From: Eukaryota sp. TZLM1-RC
Lineage: Eukaryota; Protista; Metamonada: BaSk clade
Direction of reading: 5' to 3'
DNA length: 64,000 nt
Assembly: GCA_040285825.1 (NCBI GenBank)
Contig: JAUPSS010000001.1
Coordinates: 2,790,001 to 2,854,000 of the forward strand
A model generated the notes under the pieces. That model made no database searches. It saw only the letters and a program-made list of their open reading frames with translations, and was not told where the DNA came from. This document shows positions 55,650-64,000 of this stretch, piece after piece; within the stretch, counting starts at the first letter, position 1, and every line of letters begins with the position of its first letter. Both the position numbers and the translations under genes were made by a program.

Positions 55650-58600
55650 TTTTTATTTATTTCACTTGTCAATTAGCCAATTTGAAACTTAATCTATCTA
55701 ATGTGTAAACTCTTTTCGTCATTTCTTCTTTGGTTTTTCTACATAACGGCATCATTGATGAAATTCTATCACCAACACTTTAAAGAAAAACTTGTTGCAA
55801 AAGTTTTATCAAAAAAAGGAATCAGTAAAATTTTGTATTACACAATTGACAAACTGATTTCGAATTTCTAAAATGACATCCAAGAGCATTACATTGATTA
55901 CTTGGATCGATGTTTTTATGTTTTCTATGATGTTAAGAGCAACAACAACGTCCTGAAACAACAGGATAAGAAAAACTTCTCATCATTCATCAACAAAGTT
56001 AAATCTCTCCTTCTAGAAGGATATAGAGCTATTGAAGGCGAAACTTTTACAATGAGAAACAAATTGTCTTCAATTACTTCGCTTTTTATTAATGACCGGA
56101 TTCCTCATTTTCTTCCGAGTAATTCCAAAAGAAAAAATTCCTCAAAGTTTGAATTTTCGTCAAAATTTAATTTGTTTTTTAAAATGTTTTTTATTAATAA
56201 TTATTTAGAGGATGAGGAGAGTAAACTCTTCCATGCTCTGCCTTAGAAGAATTCTTGTATTCCACGCTTTATCAGAATTGACAAGACAAGTTGATTGGAC
56301 TTGTTCTTTGCATAGACATTAATCTATTGAACTTGCACACTCAACAAATTGAATTCATAACTAATGGGACTCAATTCATTGAACCACGATTTCCTCTACA
56401 AAAGCTTGATTTGCTTGCTGTCTAGCTAAATCTTTTCTAATTCGATTGAAAAACCCGGACAATCTATTAATAATGGCAAATTGGATTCGAGAGCATCATA
56501 AAAAGATATCAAATCTTTTCATTGTTTTTTCTTGAACCATTTTTTTTTGGATCATCTTTATTGAATTTGCACACTTGATTAAATTAAATCATAACTAATG
56601 GGACGACTATCATTAAACCAAGATTTCCTCTACAAAATCTTGATTTGCTTGCTGTCTAGCTAAAGCTTCTCTAATTCGATTGAAAAACCGCGGTAATCTA
56701 TTAATAATGGCAAATTGAATCCGTGAACGCCATAAAAAAATATCAAATCTTTTCATTGTTTTTTCTTTCACCATTTTTTGGAAGTCATCCAAAAAAGTTT
56801 CTGCTTCAACTGATAATCTTCCATTTATCGAAAATGGGAAAGCAATAAAAACCAGCTGTGTATTTCTATCGACATTTGCATCTTCAATTTCTTTATCATA
56901 TTTTCTATGTTTTTCTTTTGCTTTAAAATCCAGAGCAGCCACAGGATTAAGTTTTCTTCTGTGAACCAAAGTATCGTTTGCAACATTACATGAGACAAAG
57001 TCAACAATAGCTTCAGAATTATCAATCCAATCACAGTATACATCACCTCTATCATCAGAACCAAAAATTATTCAGAGAAAGTGTTTCCTTCAGCAGGGGC
57101 TCTTTGATACACGATAACCTTGCAGTTTGTGCCATATTGAAAACAGTGTCTCTAACAGCATCATGTAATGAAGAACGATAAGTTATCAATTTAGAGCAAT
57201 TTAGAGCATGGCGCAAAGTGAGTTGAGGTGAATTCGAACAAATACATTTTTCTTTTGATAATAATTGGTTAATGGGGATGTTCAAATATAATCTCATTTT
57301 TGTTACAAATGCTTCATTAGTGGCACACAATCCAAATCTTCGTGGTACAATGGTTACAAAAAGTGAAGAATCTGACGCCTTGTTTTCACAAACACCCTTT
57401 TCCAATAACAATGAGTGAAGATCTTGATTTAAAACAGCCGAGCTGCAAATATTATTATAAAGATCTTTTTCATACATTCCAGTCAATCTTTTCTGTAATG
57501 TTCGAAGAGTGTACTTCAAATTTAAAACATTTTTTTCTGGAATATTGCCATTGAATGATTGGGGAAAACATCGACCCCATTTTTCTACATCAATTCTTGA
57601 AATTTCTTCATTTAATGCAAAAACAGTGGAACTTTGCGTTGTCATCAATAAATCTTCCCAATCTGCAAATCTTTCGGAAAACTCAAAGATTGCATTTCTG
57701 CATCCACCAACAAAAAGCACACGAGGTAAGAATAGAAGCCTTCGTCCACCCTAAACCACCATAATGTGGACTAAGGTAAGCATGATCTGGAATTTGAAAC
57801 ATTTTACATCCCAGTAATTGAGACAGAACTTTTGCACGTAACTCATTAAACTTTTGAGCCAAAGGTCTAGTGACGAGAGGATTTGTAGATCGAAATATAT
57901 GATTAAAATTGGAACTAAAACACAGTCTTATAATGGTAAATTTGATGTGTTTTTTTATATCTAAATTCATCATTCGGTCAATTTTGTCAGAAATTGAGTT
58001 CAACTTTTCAAACAATTTTTTGGTAATTTCATCATTATTTCCTAAAAACGAACCCAAATGACGAATAGCATCAATTGAATATAATTTGGCTTGAATTTCA
58101 ATATCATCAATTATTGTGGAAACTGGAGAATTCGATAACAAAACACATTTAAGTAAATTAAGTCGGAGACCAATTTTGGTAAATAATTCTTTAAAACATA
58201 CAGTTGCTTTTTTCACAATATTTAAATCACCAATAAGCACAACATCATCCATATATGCAATCATTTTTAGTGAAGGAAACATCTCTTGAATTTGCAGTAG
58301 AATAGGATGAATGGCCAAACAAAACAAAAGAGGTCCTAACGGATCTCCTTGCTTTACGCCACTTGATGAACTCAAAATGTTGTTACCAAAATGTAAATTA
58401 GAATATGTGCAATATGTTGATTGAAAATATGGTATTAATTCCGGCATATATTGCAATAGAGGACCATGGATACTGCGACGACTTAGTGAATTGAAAGCAT
58501 TACTAAAATCCAATGACATGCAAACATTGGATTCATTTTGACGAAATAAGACATCAGTAGCAAAAATCGCTGAAGAGACTCCATCTGTAGTATTTATACC

Positions 58601-60083
58601 ATATTGAAAGGGTAATAAAATCTTTTTAGCTTTTTCATTGAACCTGCTTAAGCAACACCATTTTTTGGAAATCATTCAAAAAAGTGTTCTTTGTCGAACA
58701 CAAGGACCTTCTTGGTCCAAAATCGTTCTACCAATGTAATAATCAAGCTGCTCTTTTGGTTTTAGGGAACATCAATTTGAAAATGGACGAGATAAAAAAC
58801 ACAAAACTTTATTTAGAAAGTTCACAGTACATCATGTCCAGCATCGAGACTGATGGAGTAGCAGTATCATTCATTCAATCTAGAATGAACTTGAAAAAAT
58901 ACAAGGTAACTGCAAAAGAATTGAAAAATAAAGAAAAATATATTGATGACTCCAGCATCAATCCTTCTGAATTTCAAGATAAGACCCTTGCTGCTGCTGA
59001 TCGAGGTAAATCTGATCTGCTCTATCTTTCTGCCAATTCAGCTATTGAAATGACTCATTCAAAAATCATAAGAAAGACACAGATGTTCATTCCAGGTACA
59101 CTCAAAATCAACGAAAATTTGAGTCGAAAAGTTCCAAATTCAAATGAATAAGAGACAGCATACGGGATGACATTCTTATCACACTAAGTAACTCTACTGG
59201 TAGAGTGATTGATCTATCCAATTATGAACCATCTGAAGACTAACAACAAAGGATGGATTTAAACAGCAGTATAATTAATCAAATGACTGAAAGAACAATT
59301 AGTTTATTAAGAGGAAAAGTACCTCAAGAAATCAATATTCCCCACGAAATTGATGACTCATTCAATTTGAGAAACAATGAACAAAAAACTAAATCTGTAG
59401 CCGAATGGGAAGCAACTTTATCCCCATTCAATTCCAAAAGCTGCATGTTTGATAGATTTATGGCATATATTAAACAAAAGAATTTTGTGAATAGTATTGT
59501 TGGTGAAGTCTATCATCAAAAAATATTGAGGAAACTAAGATGGTGGGCTGAGATTAATCACACAAGATCTGAGGCAAAGATGATTCAGAGCTTCAAATCA
59601 GTAATTGTTGATACCAGCCAAGTAGTTATCGGAATTGGGGACTGGGAACAACAAAAACACATGAAATTCAAAGAACCTACAAAAGGAAAAGGTTTGAGAA
59701 CTCTATTTAAAAAGGCTGGTTATAAGGTCTTTTTGATTAATAAGTTTTGAACCAGTTGCTGTTGTTTCAACTGTAAGAAAGCGGCGAAAACAATTAAAAC
59801 ATTCCGATGGTGCAGAAATCCTAGGCCATGGAAGAGGCATGAGATGTCTATTCGTCGAGGGCTTACCATGGGTAAATCATGCGAAGATCGAAATGCTTCG
59901 CTGAATATTGTGACAGTGATAAAGGCACATGTAAATGGTGGAGAAAGACCAGGATACCTACATAGAGTCAGGTTCTGGATGGTTCAAAGAAAAAGGTATT
60001 ATGGTGAAAATCTCAAAAACTCAGTCCCTCTTGTATCAGTGTAAAAAGGACACTTATTTCATTGTTATAGACATCATCTGTAA
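55650..60083 (+). pseudogene. Decayed Fanzor1 (family 2), interrupted by a non-LTR insertion (about 56310-58680)
   Basis: N-part: NDIQEHYIDY..KLFHALP*KNSCIPRFIRID. C-part: IETDGVAVS, RuvC-I AADRGKSDLLY, GIGDWEQ..KEPTKGKGLR, TSCCCFNC, RuvC-III DRNASLNI. Contains stops and frameshifts. Confidence 0.82.
56310..58680 (-). mobile_element. CRE-clade non-LTR retrotransposon (second family, 5'-truncated) plus a diverged 3' fragment, inserted into the Fanzor
   Basis: QYG, LDFSNAFN, GVKQGDPLGP, YMDD, CIC..HALNC, KAKEKHRKY. Confidence 0.85.
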
Positions 60084-60092
60084 TAAAGAATA

Positions 60093-61517
60093 ATGACAGC
60101 TGTCTTCATTTTTAGACGTGATTTTCGTCTATATGACAACCTAGCGTGGAATGCATGTGTTCAATATTGTAAGAGGCACTCAGTTCCGCTACTCCCAATC
60201 TTCTGCTTCAATGATTTACAACTTGATCCACAGCACAATCCTTATCATTCCCCTGCAGGTGTTAACTTCATGATTCAAAGCATTTTGGACCTACAGAAGT
60301 ACCTCAGTTCGCTCTGTATTCTCCATGGTGCAAACATCTCTATTTTGGAATCAATCAATTTATGCCATTCGATAGATGCAATCTTCTTCAACAAAGATAT
60401 TACTCCTTATGCTAAGCAAAGGGATTCTGAGATTAAATCTTGGTGTGAGTCCAACAACATTAAATGTTTTGGAGATTTTGAGGATTACACTATTTTTTCA
60501 CTTTTCAAGGTGGTTAAGGCCGATGCAACACCATATAAAGTTTATACCCCCTTCTACAAAAACATTTGCCGAAAAGAGCTTCCATTACCACAACAGGAAG
60601 TCTCTTTGGAGGGTATTACTTTTGTTGACTATGAATCATTGGAATTAAGCAAATTTAAACCACAATCTCTCCCAGAAAAGCTTTTCTTGGTTGGTGGGAG
60701 ATGTCATGCACTGAAGCTCTTGCAAAATGTTGTTACCAATTATAGCTCATACGACAATACAAGAAACGACGTCACTAATGAATCTGGAACAACGCATCTG
60801 TCAAGTTTCCTCAAATTTGGCTGTCTCAGCATAAGAGAAGTAGCCAAAGCAGTGGAGGTCTCTTATGGAAAAGACTGTGTATTGTTGAAACAACTCATCT
60901 GGCGAGAGTTTTACTATTCTATAACTTATTATTTTCCCCATATTTTACAACCACCTCCAATACCCAATAAAGCTCTCAAAGAAGAGTACAGTGATATTAC
61001 CTGGCGTTCTGCACAGGAAGAACCTGAACGCTGGGAAGCATGGTGCGCAGGACGCACAGGAGTTCCATTTGTTGATGCTGGAATGAGACAGTTAGTCGAA
61101 ACTGGATATATGCACAATAGATTAAGAATGGTCACTTCTCAATTTTTGATCAAAAACCTGCATATTGATTGGAGGGATGGAGAACGGTTTTTTGCCAACT
61201 GTTTAGTTGATTATGACCCTTCATTGAATTCTGGTGGTTGGCAGTGGAGTGCAAGTACTGGAGCGGACAGTGTTCCTTATTTTAGAATATTTAATCCCTT
61301 CCTACAACAACGAAAATTTGATCCTAATGCATTGTACACAAAGCGTTGGTTGCCAGACTTAAAGGATGTTGCCCCCAAGGATATTTTAAATTGGGATAAC
61401 AAATCTGTTAGGCAACGGGTATTGAGAAATTCAAAGGTTGATTATTTAAATCCTATTGTAGATCACGCTTCTTCTAGAAAAGAAACACTAGAGCTGTATG
61501 CTATTCAAAAAAAGTAG
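60093..61517 (+). CDS. phr: Class I-type CPD DNA photolyase / cryptochrome-photolyase family protein, intronless
   Basis: FRRDFRLYDN, TTHLSSFLKFGCLSIRE, LIWREFY, GRTGVPFVDAGMRQL..TGYMHNRLRM, DYD..N.GGWQW, FRIFNP. Confidence 0.95.
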   Translation: MTAVFIFRRDFRLYDNLAWNACVQYCKRHSVPLLPIFCFNDLQLDPQHNPYHSPAGVNFMIQSILDLQKYLSSLCILHGANISILESINLCHSIDAIFFNKDITPYAKQRDSEIKSWCESNNIKCFGDFEDYTIFSLFKVVKADATPYKVYTPFYKNICRKELPLPQQEVSLEGITFVDYESLELSKFKPQSLPEKLFLVGGRCHALKLLQNVVTNYSSYDNTRNDVTNESGTTHLSSFLKFGCLSIREVAKAVEVSYGKDCVLLKQLIWREFYYSITYYFPHILQPPPIPNKALKEEYSDITWRSAQEEPERWEAWCAGRTGVPFVDAGMRQLVETGYMHNRLRMVTSQFLIKNLHIDWRDGERFFANCLVDYDPSLNSGGWQWSASTGADSVPYFRIFNPFLQQRKFDPNALYTKRWLPDLKDVAPKDILNWDNKSVRQRVLRNSKVDYLNPIVDHASSRKETLELYAIQKK

Positions 61518-61519
61518 GT

Positions 61520-62358
61520 TTTTTTATTTATTTCACTTGTCAATTAGCCAATTCAAAACTTGATCTATCAAATATGTACACTCTTTTCTTCATTTCTTTT
61601 TTGGTTTTTCTACCTAACGGCATCATAGTTGCAATTCTATCACCAACACTTTAAATAAAAACTTGTTCCAAAAGTTTTGTCAAAAAAGGAATCAGTAAAA
61701 TTTTGTATTACACAATTGGCAAACTGATTGTGAATTTCAAAAATGACATCCAAGAGCATTACATTGATTACTTGGATCGATGTGTTTATGTTTTCTATGA
61801 TGTTAAGAGAAACAACAACGTCCTGAAAAAACAGGATAAGAAAAACTTCTCATCATTCATCAACCAAGTTAAATCTCTCCTTCTAGGATGTAGAGATGTT
61901 GATGGCGAAACTTTTACAATGAGAAACAAATTGTCTTCAATTACTTCGCTTTTATTAATGACCGGATCCCTCATTTTTTTCCGATTAATTCCAAAAGAAA
62001 AAATTACTCAAAGTTTGACTTTTCGTCAAAATTTAATTTGTATTTGAGGGCAATGTTTTATATAAATAATAGATTAGAGGATGAGGAGAGTAAAATCTTT
62101 TATTCTCTGCCTTTGAAGAATTCTACATCATGTGAAAGTTTGTGGAATAGAGATCGAAATACTTCGCTGAATATGTTGGCAGTGATGGAAGCACATGTAA
62201 ATGATGGAGATAGACCAGGATAACTGCAGAGAGTAAAGGATGATGAAGGTTCAAAGAAATAGGTTTCAAGGAGAAAATCTTCCACTTCTCAAAAACTCAG
62301 TCCCTCTCCATTGGTGTAAAAAGGACACTTATTTCATTGTTATAGACATCATCTGTAA
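61520..62358 (+). pseudogene. Internally deleted second copy of Fanzor family 2
   Basis: 61520-62124 aligns to 55650-56255, then jumps to CESLWNRDRNTSLNM and the 3' tail matching 59880-60083. Confidence 0.82.
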
Positions 62359-62360
62359 CA

Positions 62361-63275
62361 ATGAGCCATCCTAATCCTACATTTGAGCTTAAATGTTATC
62401 ATCATTGTGGGCCAATATCCACTATTGATACTATATGTGATCTCATTGGTTTTGCTGATGATTACACAATCTCCATATCATCAAATTTCACAACTTCTGA
62501 AACTCTTCCGATAACATCCTCTGTTGCACTAGGTGTATCAAGTAAATCTATATCTTTTGCCCCAGGATCGACCCCTTCTTTCATTTCCATTGCTTCTGCT
62601 GACAACTCTCTACGTGTAGCCTCTATTGATGCATCTTCGTTTGCTCTCACTCCGTCTATCGTTCATCCTGTATTTCCTTCTTCATCACTACCTTCCGATA
62701 CTCTCACTGATATTGATACTTCAGCGAACAACCTCCTAGCCATCTCAAACTCATCTGGCATTCCCTTCTTGTTTGATCTGTCTTCAAGTACTCCTCTCTC
62801 AGAACTTGTACCGTCTACTCTTTCTCATGGAACTTGCCTCTCGTTTAAACCAAATGAAGCACATCTTTTACTACAGGGCCACGCTAATGGTCAGGTTTCA
62901 TTAATAGATATAAGGAGCAATGAGTTTGTTCTAACAACTTTTGTTGATGGACCAGTAAAATCTCTTGATTGGATTGGTGATGTAAAGTTTGTTGTTTCAG
63001 ACCAAAGTGGAGGTTTGACATCGTTTGACTTATCAAATATTCATGTTCCCAAATTTTTCATGGCACACAAAGGAGCTTGTCTGGTTAAAAGGTATCGGAA
63101 TTTGGTTGTGTCAAAAGGAATTGACTGTCAATTAAATTTGTTTAATTCCAATTTGGAACCTCTGAGCCACATTGAAACTAAAGGAAATGATCTTAATCTG
63201 TGTTGTTCAGATGCAAAAATTTTTACTAGTAATTGTTATGAGTTGAATCAATATGAAGTTTTTTTAAATCAATAG
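62361..63275 (+). CDS. WD40/beta-propeller protein (weakly NUP37-like)
   Basis: Repeated beta-strand blades ending FD/ID; GTCLSFKPNEAHLLL..NGQVSLIDI..VKSLDW. Confidence 0.6.
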   Translation: MSHPNPTFELKCYHHCGPISTIDTICDLIGFADDYTISISSNFTTSETLPITSSVALGVSSKSISFAPGSTPSFISIASADNSLRVASIDASSFALTPSIVHPVFPSSSLPSDTLTDIDTSANNLLAISNSSGIPFLFDLSSSTPLSELVPSTLSHGTCLSFKPNEAHLLLQGHANGQVSLIDIRSNEFVLTTFVDGPVKSLDWIGDVKFVVSDQSGGLTSFDLSNIHVPKFFMAHKGACLVKRYRNLVVSKGIDCQLNLFNSNLEPLSHIETKGNDLNLCCSDAKIFTSNCYELNQYEVFLNQ

Positions 63276-63847
63276 TAGTGTTTATTGTTTTGAATTTAGA
63301 ACATGAGATGATTTTTTTAATTTTGTCTAATTTGATGTGGTGACTTTAGTACTGCTGTCAATTTTATTTTATATCAAATACGTTTTATCAATAAAAAACA
63401 ATTTTTCCTATTAACAATGAACGTGAAATACTGTATCCACCACTTAAGGTGTGTTTCTATCATTCTATTCCATCAGACAACCTTGCACGAGATTCTATTG
63501 CAGAAAGGATGTGGTACGAGCAATCGAGAGCCTGAAATGCCTATTCTTTACATTTGGTTCTCATTGTAGACTTTGGAATTAGTAATCATTTCATCAATGA
63601 AATGCAGTTATTCCTCTTGCTGAAACTTCAAAAGGAAATGTTTCAACCAAAAAATCTAAATTTGACAATAACTATTCGATATTTCGTGTTGATTGTGATG
63701 ATAGCATCTAAACATTGTTCCACCCGTGAGGTCAACTCACAAATCAAGACTGTCTCCCTTCTTGATTCATCATTATTTTCAAAGATAAGATTTAGGTCAG
63801 GTTTTAACTCAGTCACAGCTGAAGGATAATTGAAAAAAATCATTTGT

Positions 63848-64000
63848 TGTTGCCTAAAGTCTATTGTAATTAAAGGAAAGATGATTTATTTTCCCATTCA
63901 TAATATATAGGTAGTATTGTGCCAACACTGCTTCTTCCCTTTTTCAAGATAAATCAGCTTATTTAAAAATGAAACTTAACTATAAACAAATAACTACATA
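63848..64000 (-). mobile_element. 3' LTR (63848-63927, 80 bp) and PPT of another A/B-family LTR element running off the window
   Basis: tgttgcctaaagtctattgt...gccaaca followed by ctgcttcttccctttttc, as at 25061-25170. Confidence 0.85.

Noticed and set aside
1-64000. Organism identification (possibly a free-living metamonad-like protist)
   Set aside because: Tiny introns and compact genes are suggestive but not diagnostic, and there is no rRNA in the window.

Overview
AT-rich eukaryotic (protist) genomic window with very short spliceosomal introns (27-35 nt, GT-AG) and an apparently standard genetic code. Compact islands of host genes are separated by transposon-rich stretches. Host genes: iPGM, TMEM199-like, PABP, DCN1, NmrA-like, MADS/SRF, an eIF4E-like protein with a C-terminal hydrophobic helix, D-aminoacylase-like, ALYREF, LRR, PanK, SDF2, CPD photolyase, WD40, tRNA-Trp and tRNA-Leu. 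Mobile elements: (i) an intact Fanzor (eukaryotic TnpB) followed by a strongly structured candidate omegaRNA; (ii) two decayed copies of a second Fanzor family that flank an intronless photolyase; (iii) four complete Ty3/gypsy-family LTR elements (two near full-length with chromodomain-like integrase tails, two ~1.45-kb non-autonomous) with very short LTRs (79-154 bp) and 4-bp TSDs, plus one more LTR at the window end; (iv) many CRE/SLACS-like non-LTR remnants. The most unusual signal is in the LTR elements. None has a recognisable tRNA primer-binding site. Each has a perfect 12-bp palindrome (CAATAATTATTG or CAATACGTATTG) across the U5 end, inside a covarying hairpin, which suggests tRNA-independent, dimer-mediated self-priming. 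Each also carries a family-matched second polypurine tract, retained even in the non-autonomous copies. All calls are by eye and no database searches were run.
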